A DNA stretch of 64,000 nucleotides. Source: Candidatus Spongiisociaceae bacterium (lineage in GTDB: Bacteria; Actinomycetota; Acidimicrobiia; Spongiisociales; Spongiisociaceae). Below are positions 1-10,464 of this stretch, one piece after another (position 1 is the first letter of the stretch; every line of letters starts with the position of its first letter). The notes under the pieces are model-generated. The model was not told the DNA's origin, did no database searches, and saw only the letters and a list, made by a program, of their open reading frames with translations. The stretch spans positions 4,832,001 through 4,896,000 of the forward strand of contig OZ253564.1 of the NCBI GenBank assembly GCA_965262915.1. The letters run 5' to 3'. Both the position numbers and the translations under genes were made by a program.

Positions 1-437
1 ACCACGGTTGTGAGGTTCTCCCCGGCCAGCCGGGCGGCGTAGGCATGCCCGACGGCGTGGGGGAGTTGGGTGGCGATGGGGATGGTGTGGATGTTCATCC
101 GGTAGCGGTGAACGTCCCAGTCACGATTGGGCAGGCCCCGGAAGTAAGAGAGCATCACCGACGGGGGCAGGCCCCTGGCCAGCTGGACCGCGTGCTCGCG
201 GTAGCTGGGATAGACCCAGTCCTGAGGACCGATGGCGTAGGCGGAACCGATCTGGGTGGCTTCCTGACCCTCCCCCGGGGGGAAGGTTCCGAGACGACCC
301 TGGCGCTGGAGGTTCATGGCTCGCCGGTCGAACTGGCGGCCCAGCGCCATCAACCGGTACATCTCGACCAGGTCCTTGTCCTCCAGATCCGGCGGCTCTC
401 CCACGAGACGACCCGAAGGATCCAGGATCTGTAACAC
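1..437 (-). CDS. pdhA: Pyruvate/branched-chain 2-oxoacid dehydrogenase E1 alpha subunit, 5' part (runs off window start)
   Basis: Hand translation VLQILDPSG...EMYRLMALGRQFDRRAMNLQRQGRLGTFPPGEGQEATQIGSAYA...DWVYPSYREH...IPIATQLPHAVG; GTG start with AAGGGGAG upstream; absent from ORF track. Confidence 0.88.
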   Translation of the reverse strand, partial: MLQILDPSGRLVGEPPDLEDKDLVEMYRLMALGRQFDRRAMNLQRQGRLGTFPPGEGQEATQIGSAYAIGPQDWVYPSYREHAVQLARGLPPSVMLSYFRGLPNRDWDVHRYRMNIHTIPIATQLPHAVGHAYAARLAGENLTTV

Positions 438-606
438 CGAGACTCCCCTTCCGACGACTGGCCTGCATTGTAAAGCGGGCCGGACGACCGTGTTGCCGGC
501 AGGCGGATTCCGGCCTGACGGCACTCCGATGGCCATTCCCCCACTCCGTCATTCACCTCTTCGGCAACCCCGAAACCTCGATCCGGCGCGCTGTTAACGT
601 GAGCGG

Positions 607-1689
607 ATGGTCCGCGTCCGTCCCGAGATCGAATCCCTCACCCCCTACCAGGGCGGCATGGGTATCGAGGAACTCACCCGCCGGTACGGGGTTCGAGACA
701 TCGTCAAGCTGGGTTCCAACGAGAATCCCCTGCCCCCGTTCCCCGAGGTCCAGGAGGTCATCGCGGCAGCTGCGGCAGGCATCAACCGGTACCCGGACGG
801 GGGCGTGGTAGGACTGACGGAGGCGTTGTCGGAGGCCACCGGCGTTCCCGCCAAGTGCATCTGGTTCGGAGCCGGCAGCGCGGAGCTGCTGACCACCACC
901 GCCCGGGCGCTGGGAGGACGGGGACGCAGCTTCGTCTACCCGTGGCCGTCCTTCGCGATGTACCAGATCAACACCGCGCTCGCCTATGCGGAGGGGATCA
1001 CGGCGCCCGTCGACGAGGCACACGCCATCGACCTCGAGGCGATAGGCAAGGCCATCCGCACCGACACCACCCTGGTCTACCTGTGCAACCCGAACAACCC
1101 CACCGGTACGTACCTGCCGCAGTCTGAGATCCGGGAGTTCGTCGACCTGGTTCCCGAGGACACACTGGTGGTGGTGGATGAGGCATACGGGGAGTACGTG
1201 GCGGAGGAGGACCACCCGACCGCCATCCGCCTGGCCCTCGATCGGCCCAACGTGGTCGTGGCCCGCACCTTCTCCAAGATGTACGGGCTGGCCGGCCTCC
1301 GGATCGGGTACATGATCGGCCGCCCCGATACCCTCGGCTCCCTCCGCAAGGCCCAGATCCCGTTCGTCGTCAATTCTCTCGCACAGACCGCGGCCACCGC
1401 GGCCCTCCGCTTCCCCGAACGGGTGGCGGAGCGTTTCGAGATGAACCGGCAGGGCGTCACCCACGTCGAAGACGCCTTCACGGAGAGGGGCATCGAGTTC
1501 GTCCCGACTCAGGCCAACTTCGTGTGGACCCGCCTGGGACCCCGCGCCCCGTCCATCATCAAGGCTCTTCTGGAGGTGGGAACGATCATCCGTCCGGGGA
1601 CCGACGAGTGGACCCGGGTCTCGATAGGAACGCCCGAGGAGAACCGCCGCTTCATCGCCGATCTCGACCGGGTTCTGGTCACGGTCTGA
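607..1689 (+). CDS. hisC: Histidinol-phosphate aminotransferase
   Basis: KLGSNENP, NRYPD, CNPNNPTG, VDEAY, RTFSKMYGLAGLRIG PLP motifs. Confidence 0.9.
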   Translation: MVRVRPEIESLTPYQGGMGIEELTRRYGVRDIVKLGSNENPLPPFPEVQEVIAAAAAGINRYPDGGVVGLTEALSEATGVPAKCIWFGAGSAELLTTTARALGGRGRSFVYPWPSFAMYQINTALAYAEGITAPVDEAHAIDLEAIGKAIRTDTTLVYLCNPNNPTGTYLPQSEIREFVDLVPEDTLVVVDEAYGEYVAEEDHPTAIRLALDRPNVVVARTFSKMYGLAGLRIGYMIGRPDTLGSLRKAQIPFVVNSLAQTAATAALRFPERVAERFEMNRQGVTHVEDAFTERGIEFVPTQANFVWTRLGPRAPSIIKALLEVGTIIRPGTDEWTRVSIGTPEENRRFIADLDRVLVTV

Positions 1690-1808
1690 AGTCGCCGCGC
1701 CGGGGCCGATTACGCCTAAGAACGGCAGCTACATAGGCTGGCATCTCGAACAGTTCCCCCCCACCGGACGGCGCCTGGGCGCCGGGATCCGGCTGCAAAA
1801 GGAGCGCC

Positions 1809-4556
1809 ATGAAGTCGTTGGTCAACGCCCTCGCGACCGCGGTCCGGAGATGGCCCTGGGTAGTCATCGCCCTGACCGTGGCCATCTCCCTCGCCTTCGG
1901 GGGACTGTCACGGAACTTCTCCCCGCAGGAGGAGAACAACGAGGCCTTCGCCCCGAATGCTCCGGAGCTGGCCGCCGCCGCCCGGATCTCGGACCTCTTC
2001 GGCGAGGAGTCCACGACCAGCGTCATGCAGGTGATCCTCACCGCCGAGGACGGCAACGTATTCAGCCGGGACGGCCTGGCCGCCGTCGAGGCGCTCACCG
2101 AGACCATCAGGAACGGCGCCCTGGCCGACCGGCTGGTGGAGGACAGGCCCGATCCCGTAGTCAGCTTCCTGGCCCCCGTGCAGATGGCGACCTCCCGGGG
2201 CACCCCGCCGCCGGGCTCCGACGCGGACGTCCACCGGGCCTTCCGGGACGGGATGGCTGAGATGCCCCCGGGCCCGGCCGGATTCGTGCAGCTGATGGTC
2301 GCCGACGGCGCCGATCTAGAGGCGCCTTTCGCCGACAAGGGCCTGATGATCGTCTTCACCCGCGGGGGTGAGCCGGGAGCCGACTACGAGCGCTTCCAGG
2401 AGGCCAGCGCCCTGGCAGCCGACGAGATCCTGGCCACATCCCTGCCTGGCGGCTTCTCCGCCCAGCCCTTCTCGTTCGAGCTGCTGTTCTCGGGCAACGA
2501 CGAGTTCCAGAGCGAGGTCGGGAGGCTGTTCGGCACGGCCGGCCTGATCATCGCCCTGGTACTCGCCCTCGTGTTCCTCATCCGCCCCCGGCGGAGGGCT
2601 GGGGTAGTGGTGATGCGGGTGGGAATCGTGGTGGTGGCAGCGGCCATCGTGGCGGTGGTACTCCCCACCCTCGCCATCATCCTGGACAGCATCTTCCCCG
2701 ACTCGATGAAGAACTGGGACAGCAACGCGCTCTTCGCGGTGGCCGGCACCCTGATGCTCGTGCTGTTCCTCTCCTGGACCTTCGTCGACCGAGGCCTGCG
2801 GCGCACCACCGCCGACACCGTCCTCACCCTGATCGCCATCTTCTTCGCCATCTCCTGGATGAACGGCATCGGGTACCTGCTGTTCAAGGACATGAGCCCG
2901 ATGGCCCAGATACTGCCGATCCTGCTCATCGGACTCGGGGTGGACTACTCGATCCATGTGAACTCCCGGTTCCGCGAGGAGATCTCGAGCGGGGCCACGG
3001 TCGACGACTCGGTACGGGGGGCGATCCGCACGGTGGGGGTGGCACTCGTCCTGGCCACCATCACCACCGCGGTCGGGTTCCTGACCAACGTATTGAACGA
3101 CATCCCGGCCCTGCGCGAGTTCGGGGTGCTGGCCGCCATCGGTATCGTCGCCTCCTTCGTGCTGAAACTCACCTTCATCCCGGCGGTGCGCCTCATCCTC
3201 GGCCGTCGGGGGATGAGACGGGCCACCGCTGAGTCCGATCAGGTCCAGACAGGAGGCACCCGGGCCCTGGGCACGATCATCGGGAAGACATCGGGCATCG
3301 CCAGGAAGGCGGCCGGCGTCGCCGTGGTGGCGTCCATAGTCCTGGGCGGGGTGGGCGTCTGGGGATGGACGCAGCTGGAGACCAGATTCTCCTTCCTCGA
3401 TTTCATACCCGTCACCTCTCCGCTACGCGCCACCTTCGAGGGTCTGATCGAGGACTTCGGAGGCGGTTTCGGCGAGAACACCCAGATACTGGTCGAAGGG
3501 GACGTGGCTACCGCCGCGGCCTGGAACGCCATGGTGATGTCCAACGGCCGGGTAGCGGACACGCCCGACGTGCTCAGGTTCGGCAACCGGCCCAGCGGCA
3601 CCTCCCCGGTGTCGGTCATCGATCAGCTGTCCGCGCCCCGCTCGCCCGCCCACTCACCGGAGGTCGCCGAGGCCCTCCGAATAGCGGGGGGAGATCCGGC
3701 CACCCTCATGGTCCCCCCGAACGCCGATGTGGCCTCCCTCTACGACGCGGCCTGGGAAGCGGCCCCGGAAGCCATGAGGCAGGTTATCCACCGGAGCGAC
3801 GCCGGCTACGACGCCGCCCTGTTCGACTACACCACCCAGGCCGGGGAGTCCGGCGCCGGACGCCTCCGGATGGGGCTGATCGACGATTTCGCGGCCGTGA
3901 CCGACGCCGGGCTCACCGCGGTGGCGACCTCGGACGGGATCATCCAGGACGTGGTGGTGACCACCCTGCGCAACTCCCAGGTCTCGTCCCTGATCCTGAC
4001 CCTGGCCGCGGCTCTGGTGCTGCTCGTGGCGAACTTCTGGTACGAGCACCGGCGCCCGATGCTGGGAGTGATCACCACCTTTCCCGTCGTGCTGGTGGTC
4101 CTGTGGTCGTTCGGGCTCATGGCGGCGTTCGGTATCGCCTTCGGTCCGGTCACTGCCACCATCTCCGCCCTGGCGATCGGCATAGGCATCCCGTACATGA
4201 TCCACATCACCCACCGGTTCCTCGAGGACCGGCGCCGCCATCCCGACCTGGCAACGGCGATGGAGTCCACCCTCAGCCACACCGGCGGCGCGCTGGCCGG
4301 CTCCGCTCTGACCACCGTGGCCGGGTTCGGCATCCTGGTCACGTCCACCACGATCCCGTTCCGCCAGTTCGGCTTCGTCACCGCCTACACGATCCTGCTG
4401 GCCATGCTCACCGCCGTGCTGGTGCTCCCCTCGATGCTGGTCCTCTGGGCGAGATGGCACGAGCGTAGGCAAGCAACGGTCGGTGACCGGGTGCCGGTGG
4501 CGTCCCGGTCCGGCCACGGCCGTCCAAGGGCTGCACCGCCGGCCGGCGTTCGGTGA
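1809..4556 (+). CDS. MMPL/RND-family membrane transporter
   Basis: Two TM-rich halves with extracytoplasmic loops; GLGVDYSIH, TTAVGF, SALTTVAGFG. Confidence 0.85.
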   Translation: MKSLVNALATAVRRWPWVVIALTVAISLAFGGLSRNFSPQEENNEAFAPNAPELAAAARISDLFGEESTTSVMQVILTAEDGNVFSRDGLAAVEALTETIRNGALADRLVEDRPDPVVSFLAPVQMATSRGTPPPGSDADVHRAFRDGMAEMPPGPAGFVQLMVADGADLEAPFADKGLMIVFTRGGEPGADYERFQEASALAADEILATSLPGGFSAQPFSFELLFSGNDEFQSEVGRLFGTAGLIIALVLALVFLIRPRRRAGVVVMRVGIVVVAAAIVAVVLPTLAIILDSIFPDSMKNWDSNALFAVAGTLMLVLFLSWTFVDRGLRRTTADTVLTLIAIFFAISWMNGIGYLLFKDMSPMAQILPILLIGLGVDYSIHVNSRFREEISSGATVDDSVRGAIRTVGVALVLATITTAVGFLTNVLNDIPALREFGVLAAIGIVASFVLKLTFIPAVRLILGRRGMRRATAESDQVQTGGTRALGTIIGKTSGIARKAAGVAVVASIVLGGVGVWGWTQLETRFSFLDFIPVTSPLRATFEGLIEDFGGGFGENTQILVEGDVATAAAWNAMVMSNGRVADTPDVLRFGNRPSGTSPVSVIDQLSAPRSPAHSPEVAEALRIAGGDPATLMVPPNADVASLYDAAWEAAPEAMRQVIHRSDAGYDAALFDYTTQAGESGAGRLRMGLIDDFAAVTDAGLTAVATSDGIIQDVVVTTLRNSQVSSLILTLAAALVLLVANFWYEHRRPMLGVITTFPVVLVVLWSFGLMAAFGIAFGPVTATISALAIGIGIPYMIHITHRFLEDRRRHPDLATAMESTLSHTGGALAGSALTTVAGFGILVTSTTIPFRQFGFVTAYTILLAMLTAVLVLPSMLVLWARWHERRQATVGDRVPVASRSGHGRPRAAPPAGVR

Positions 4557-4749
4557 CAACCCTTCCGGTTGGCAGGCTCACGGAGCTCCGAGACGGTCGC
4601 TGACCGGGAGCGTGCGCCGCCAGGTCAATTGACGTCGGCGCCGGGCTGGGCCGGCGGCGATGGTTCACCGCTCCCCGCCAGCGCCGATGCCCGCACCAGG
4701 CTCCCACACCCGGCTCATGCGGCCAGATCGACTACGACACCGCCTTGCT

Positions 4750-5310
4750 TCAGCCGTCCAGCCAGACTCTGGCCTGCTCCAGCAGCCACATGCTCACGCC
4801 GTGGGCGCACTCGAGGACATCGCAGATCTTCAGTTCCCGCATGGACATCTCCCGCAGCGACAGGTCCAGGTGACCCACCAGCGAGAGGCTGCGGGACGAC
4901 GGGTCGGTGACCGACATGTAGGTGTCGGTGGCCGACACCTCCACCGGGAGGGTGGTGCCCGACACGCCGGCCAACTCGGTGGCGAGGATCAGCAGATCCG
5001 GGGGCTTGGGCAGGGGCGGCAGCGCCCACTTGAAGAACAGGGGTAGCTGGAGCCGCTGGTCCTGCTCCTGCTCCATCTCCAGATGCCCCGCCACCTGGTC
5101 CTCGAAGGCCAGGATCACCCTGGGATCCACTTCGAGCACCATCAGCATCTCCAGCGGACCCTCGCATGCCTCCTCGGGATGGAGATCGACCTCCCATGCC
5201 TGCCCCAGCGAGTAGGACTCGATGAAGTGGCGCTCGGCATGCACGTGGAATCCATGCTCGACGGCGTGGGATTTCATATCGGTGATGAACCCGGCGAGAT
5301 CTACGACCAT
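4750..5310 (-). CDS. Hypothetical protein
   Basis: Coding-like acidic ORF from ATG 5310 (MVVDLAGFITDMKSHAVEHGF...); no recognisable family motif. Confidence 0.7.
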   Translation of the reverse strand: MVVDLAGFITDMKSHAVEHGFHVHAERHFIESYSLGQAWEVDLHPEEACEGPLEMLMVLEVDPRVILAFEDQVAGHLEMEQEQDQRLQLPLFFKWALPPLPKPPDLLILATELAGVSGTTLPVEVSATDTYMSVTDPSSRSLSLVGHLDLSLREMSMRELKICDVLECAHGVSMWLLEQARVWLDG

Positions 5311-5392
5311 GGTGTGCCGGCCTAGTGGGGCCGGGAGACGGCATCCTGCCCCGGCGCGGGGGCGGGTGGGGCCGGGCGGCGGTACACTCGGG

Positions 5393-6454
5393 TCACGGGC
5401 GCACTTCGTAGTAGAGGTGCATCGGATCGTCCTTGAAGCGGATCTCCCGGAACCACGTGAACCCGGCATCCCGGGCGATGCGTTCCGCCACCACGGGAGG
5501 AAGGCCGAGGGTACCGAGAGCGGCCCCGCCCTCGGCCGATGCGCCGGACGACAGGCAGGCCGACATGCTGTAGCCGTACTGGAGGGCCAGCATCGGGTTC
5601 TTGAGGTTCTTCTCGAATACCTCCGAGCACTTCATGTCCTTGATCAGCCAGGTGCCGTCCTCTTTGAGGGCCCGCCGTATGGCGGTCGCGACCCGGTCGG
5701 GGAAGGGGACATCGTGCATGCAGTCCAGCGTGATGATCAGGTCGAATCGGGCGTCGGCGGGCAGTTCCTCGCCACCCGCCTGGAGGATGGAGGCGTTGGC
5801 CACGCCGGCCAACCGTGCGTTGGCACTGGCCGAGGCCGGACCCGACGGCTCGTATCCCGTGAAGGTGCTGTTGGGAAAGCGTCGCGCCATGGCCTCCACC
5901 GAGATGGCCCCTCCACAACCGACATCCGCCACCTCGATGCCGGCCTCGAGCTTCTCGACCAACCCGTCGACGCCGGGCAGCACGGTGGAGACCAGGTAGG
6001 TGCCTACCCAGGTCCTGTTCATCCGGTCGATCTGGCGCGCCACCCGATCCCCCATCCGGTGGTAGGTGACCCCCCGGCCGGTGCGGAACGATTCGGCTAT
6101 CTCGTCGAGTTGCTCCGGGGGAAAGCCCCCGATGAAGGCGCCGGTCGCGTAAGCCAGGGCGGTGTCGTCGACCAGTACGTGCTCCCCCTCCGGCTCGAGG
6201 GAGTAGGTGCCGTCGGGCGCACGGATCACCAGGCCGGCTGCGGCCTGGCCGAGCAGCCACTCACGCACCCAGCGCTCGGCCAGCCCGGTACGTTCCGCCA
6301 GTGCGTCGGAAGTGAGTTCGTCCCCCCCGGCCATGGCCTCGTACAGACCGAGCCGGTCGCCGAGGTGGACCATCAGACTCACCACCTCGCCCTGCTTGTA
6401 TTTCCACACTTTGAGGACGTAGGCCTTCAGTCGATCAGTGTCTACGGGTCGCAT
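5393..6454 (-). CDS. Class I SAM-dependent methyltransferase with N-terminal wHTH (Rv2258c-like)
   Basis: LGDRLGLY, LAERTGLAERWVREWL, ADVGCGG, DCMHD. Confidence 0.85.
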   Translation of the reverse strand: MRPVDTDRLKAYVLKVWKYKQGEVVSLMVHLGDRLGLYEAMAGGDELTSDALAERTGLAERWVREWLLGQAAAGLVIRAPDGTYSLEPEGEHVLVDDTALAYATGAFIGGFPPEQLDEIAESFRTGRGVTYHRMGDRVARQIDRMNRTWVGTYLVSTVLPGVDGLVEKLEAGIEVADVGCGGAISVEAMARRFPNSTFTGYEPSGPASASANARLAGVANASILQAGGEELPADARFDLIITLDCMHDVPFPDRVATAIRRALKEDGTWLIKDMKCSEVFEKNLKNPMLALQYGYSMSACLSSGASAEGGAALGTLGLPPVVAERIARDAGFTWFREIRFKDDPMHLYYEVRP

Positions 6455-6692
6455 GGGCAATACCCTAGGAGATGCTCGACCCTACCGCACACGCGGCCCG
6501 GGGCTTCCCATGCCGAACCGCGCCCGGCATGCCGGGCGCCCATCCGGCACTTCTCCTTCGAGTCACGGGCCCCGTAAGTGTGCCCTCTCGGTCTCGGGGT
6601 CGGCAGGCGGTGACGGGACATTTCCCCGAACCGGCTTCAGGCGTCCGCACTTCGGAGAACGGCACCCGGCGATCAGTCCCGCTGGGCGCGAG

Positions 6693-6732
6693 GAGATGCC
6701 CGGACCCTGGCGGCGCCGGGTCCGGGCATCTC
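6693..6732. terminator. Strong hairpin downstream of the vWA gene, probable terminator
   Basis: Perfect 15-bp stem GAGATGCCCGGACCC / GGGTCCGGGCATCTC. Confidence 0.6.
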
Positions 6733-6802
6733 GCCATCCCCTCGGGAACGGCCCCCGGGTCTTGCCACCGGGGGCGTCGACCCACCTACGGGCCGAGGAC
6801 GG

Positions 6803-8653
6803 CTAGCGGCTGTAGCCGCTCCGGTCCGATGCCTCGGCCGGAACAGAGCCCATCAGGTGGTCCAGGACGAAGGCGAAGTCGTTGAACGAGTCCAGCCCGC
6901 CCAGGTACCTGCCCAACGGTTGCAACCGATCCGACAACTCCCACAACTGCGTTCCTACGCCTGCCGTGTCTGGCTCGACGTATGGCAGGCTGCTGTACCG
7001 GTCGGACGACAGGGCCACCACCGCGCTGAACTGCACCAGGGCGTCGGCGGATCCGAAGTCCGCGTCCAGGCGGGACCGCATCGTGGTCGACTGCCGGTTG
7101 GACATGCCGCTGAGCGGCGTCACCCACCTGAGCTCCACATCGGCCAGATCGACGGTCTGGCGGGGATTCCTCCATGCCTGATCGGTCAGTTCCAGTTCGT
7201 AGAAGACCGTGGTGGCCGCACCGACCGGTATCTCGGCGAACTCCTTGCGGTCCTCGACGAACGACTCGTCGGAGGTGACCCGATTCTCGTACCCGATCAT
7301 CCGCCACGACTCCACCACCCGGTCGTTCCAGGTCACCTGCGCACGGGTCTGGTCCGCGAACGGAACCGACAGAGCGAGCCAGCTGTCACGGCTGAACGTG
7401 GCCTGTGCCTCTGCGGGACTGCTCAAGTACCGGTACCAGCCGTTCCCGTGCTGGGCGAGCTGTTCGAGCAGGTAGTCGTTGTAGTTGCTTATTCCGACCC
7501 CGATGGTGATCAGGCGCAGCGGGTTGCCGCTGTCGGCGTCATAGGCCGATTCCAGGATCGCGAACGGATCGGTGGCGTCCACATTGGCCACCCCGTCGGA
7601 CATCAGGATGATGTAGTTGTACGCATCGGGGCGTTCCCAACGGATCCGGTCGGCGAGCCACACCCCCTGGTCCAGGCCGGCCTGCACGTTGGTGCTGCCG
7701 TGGGGAGCGAGCTGCCCGATCGAGTTCCTCACGTCCCGATCATCCGGCGTCCGGTGCTCGACCGTGTAACGGCCTATGACCTCGTCGGTGAAGTGGACCA
7801 CAGCGATGCGATCCCGGCTCCGCAGGCCCTGCCTGATGCTCTCCGCCGCCTCGCGGGCGATCGCGACCCGGTTATTCTCCCGCATCGAACCGGACGCATC
7901 GAGCACCAGCGTCACGTTGAGAGGCCGGTCATCCCTGAAGTCCGGCGCCTGGAACCCGATACGCGCCAGGTGCTTGCGGTCGTCCAGGGGATGCCGGACG
8001 AGATCAGTGACGATCCTGAAGTTGTCGAGGTGGGCCGGGTGCTCGTATCCGTAGTCGAATGCGTTGATCCACTCCTCGGCTCTCACCGAATCCGGATCCA
8101 CCTCGTATCCCTGCCGAGCCCAGTTGAGCGCCAGTTGGAACGAGGTGCGATCGGTATCCAGGCTGAAGGTAGATATCCTGTCCCTGGACGCCGACACGAA
8201 CCTCGATCGCTGGTAGTCCTTGAACGTCGTGGCCGAAGGCGGTGCCTCCGAGGCCCTGTAGACACCGATGGTGGTGGTCGCCCCAGCGGTGGTGGCCGGA
8301 GCGTAGGAGTCGCTCGGCTCCTCCGCCATAGCCTGTTCCTCGTACGCCATCGCGTCAGTCGTGGGAGCCGCCGTGGCCACCGGAGCTGCATGAGCCGTGG
8401 TAGCCGTGGTCTGTTCCACATACGACCTCTCGTCTGACTCGGTCTCGAAGTACGCCTCCGTCGTTTGGGGCGCCATCGTCGCGGGCGCCATCGCCGCGGT
8501 CGTAACCGCCGGCTCGTCGTCTCCCCCAGCGCAGGCGGCCACACCCAACACCAGCAACCACCCGAGGGCGACACAGGCGAAGGTTCGCCTCCTCGCCCAC
8601 ACAGAAGCTGCCCGGTCCACGATCTTCAATCCCCCTGTCCTTTGCGAGTGCAT
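6803..8653 (-). CDS. vWA-domain lipoprotein (YfbK/DUF3520-like)
   Basis: Lipobox VAAC, Thr/Ala linker, STFSLDTD, RAEEWINAFDY, MIDAS DASGS, SDGVAN, IGYENR; GGGAGG RBS. Confidence 0.85.
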   Translation of the reverse strand: MHSQRTGGLKIVDRAASVWARRRTFACVALGWLLVLGVAACAGGDDEPAVTTAAMAPATMAPQTTEAYFETESDERSYVEQTTATTAHAAPVATAAPTTDAMAYEEQAMAEEPSDSYAPATTAGATTTIGVYRASEAPPSATTFKDYQRSRFVSASRDRISTFSLDTDRTSFQLALNWARQGYEVDPDSVRAEEWINAFDYGYEHPAHLDNFRIVTDLVRHPLDDRKHLARIGFQAPDFRDDRPLNVTLVLDASGSMRENNRVAIAREAAESIRQGLRSRDRIAVVHFTDEVIGRYTVEHRTPDDRDVRNSIGQLAPHGSTNVQAGLDQGVWLADRIRWERPDAYNYIILMSDGVANVDATDPFAILESAYDADSGNPLRLITIGVGISNYNDYLLEQLAQHGNGWYRYLSSPAEAQATFSRDSWLALSVPFADQTRAQVTWNDRVVESWRMIGYENRVTSDESFVEDRKEFAEIPVGAATTVFYELELTDQAWRNPRQTVDLADVELRWVTPLSGMSNRQSTTMRSRLDADFGSADALVQFSAVVALSSDRYSSLPYVEPDTAGVGTQLWELSDRLQPLGRYLGGLDSFNDFAFVLDHLMGSVPAEASDRSGYSR

Positions 8654-9005
8654 GTTTCTACCTCCCTCGAAACGACTCTTCGCAGAGCGGCCCAGTACCG
8701 CTCTTATCACATAGACGTTCGGGGAGCGGGGCTTGGTTCCCACGGCGACCGGGTTTTCTTGGACACAGACCAAGCGGCCGCCGGGATGGCCAGACCACGG
8801 CCCGGCTCGGAGCGGGCTAGACCCGAGGTCGGACCCCACCACCCAAGACACGTCCCGGCCGTCCCGGCACCTGACCGAACCGCCCACCGCCACCAGCCCG
8901 ATCAGGTTTCGCGTCGACAGGAGAGGAAGGCTCCGACGGGTATCAAGCCATGCCGGCCATCTGCACCCTCGACCAGCGAGCGAGGGCTTGTCGCGCCCGC
9001 ATCGG

Positions 9006-10253
9006 TCAGCGGGTAGGTCCGTCTCGGGATCGGGCCTCGTACCCGTTGGCGGTACGGATGACTACGAGGCTCTCGGTTTCGAGCCACTTGTGGTGTTTGC
9101 GACAGACGGCGACCAGGTTTTCGACATCGGTCCGGCCACCGTCTCGGTGCCACTCTCGGATGTGGTGAAGCTCGCATCGGTGCATCGGAGCGCCGCACTC
9201 GAAGCATCCGCCGTCCCGTACGGCCACCGCGAGGCGTTGGGCGGCATTCGCGAGGCGCTGGCGGCGGCCCAACCAGAGGGGACGGCCGGCCCGGTCGAAG
9301 ATCATCCCCACCAACTCCGTGTCCGGCGTCAGCGTCTCGAGGATCCGGCGGGGAACCGGACCGGCCCCGATCATCTCGACATGATCCCGGGGATTGGTAC
9401 CGTCCACCACGCCTACCGGTGCAACGAGAATCACCTGGGTAGAGGCCTTGGCTTTCACACCGGGAAGTTCTTCGATGAACTCCCCCGTGTAGGCGTCCCG
9501 GTTGCAGACCAGTTCGAGTACCGCGTCGGCTAGGCGTTGTTTCGGGCTGCGGACCCGGTCTCGATCCCGACTCTCGGCTCCGTCGCGGCGGAGAAGTTCC
9601 ATGTAGTGATGGTCGAGGGCCTGCCTCAGATGGGTGAACTGGGGCTGCGGCAGCTTCGCCATCAGTACGCCGAGCCCGGTTCCATCCTCCACCCACAGTT
9701 TCGCTTCCCGGGCCCGCCGCTGCCGCTCGAGTGGACTCACACCTTGTTCGATCAGCTTGCGCTCCGACCACCTCCTAGCATGCCGCTCGAAGGGGTCCGG
9801 TAGCAGCCGGTCAGCGGACTCCAGCAGGTCTGGATCGGCCTCGACCATGTCGGGCCCCACCTTCTCCGCGGCCTTGGCTAGGGCGGTGGCTTGGTCCAGG
9901 GTGATATCGCCGTCGGCGAACTTCTCCCTCACCTTGGGCATGTCGGACAGCTGTCGGGCTACCTTCACGATCCGTTTGGATTCCCGCCGCGGGAGACGTG
10001 CTCTGGTGCGCAAGATCTCGGCCGGATCGGAGTCGGAGCCCGTATCCGACATTGTCCGGGTGACGTCGCACATCTTCGACGCCACGCAAGTATGGAAGCG
10101 TCCCAGCAGGTCGAGTGTGTGGTCGGCTCGGCGACGGGACATCGCTGTGATCTCGATACTCTCGAACTCGCTCAGGAGGGCCGCGATTCGATCATCCGGC
10201 GCGTCGACCGAACCGATGTGTTGTGCGGAGCCGTTGGATATCCCCGTCCCCAC
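9006..10253 (-). CDS. DUF222 / HNH endonuclease (13E12-repeat-like)
   Basis: C-terminal RDGGCFECGA..CELHHIREWHRDGGRTDVENLVAVCRKHH; QRLADA motif. Confidence 0.85.
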   Translation of the reverse strand: MGTGISNGSAQHIGSVDAPDDRIAALLSEFESIEITAMSRRRADHTLDLLGRFHTCVASKMCDVTRTMSDTGSDSDPAEILRTRARLPRRESKRIVKVARQLSDMPKVREKFADGDITLDQATALAKAAEKVGPDMVEADPDLLESADRLLPDPFERHARRWSERKLIEQGVSPLERQRRAREAKLWVEDGTGLGVLMAKLPQPQFTHLRQALDHHYMELLRRDGAESRDRDRVRSPKQRLADAVLELVCNRDAYTGEFIEELPGVKAKASTQVILVAPVGVVDGTNPRDHVEMIGAGPVPRRILETLTPDTELVGMIFDRAGRPLWLGRRQRLANAAQRLAVAVRDGGCFECGAPMHRCELHHIREWHRDGGRTDVENLVAVCRKHHKWLETESLVVIRTANGYEARSRDGPTR

Positions 10254-10261
10254 ATTGCCAG

Positions 10262-10317
10262 GTTATACGAACAACTATTCGGTTCTCATAGTGTAGTTCT
10301 ATCACGTCCCTGTGACA
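10262..10317 (-). promoter_or_regulatory. Promoter region of HNH gene with LexA-like box and PafBC-like motif
   Basis: CGAAC-AACT-ATTCG at 10268-10281; TATAAC 8 nt before GTG; TGTCAC-N10-TAGAAC at 10317-10296. Confidence 0.55.
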
Positions 10318-10464
10318 TGTACAACCCCCAAACATCGCAAGCCAACTATCAATGCTCTGAAACCCACTACACATCGACCCGGCAAAGGCCGAAACCGGCC
10401 ACTCGTGAGGCTTCCGACCACTCCCCGAGCCACCACCTCGTCTCGTCCAAGACAGATGGAACTC

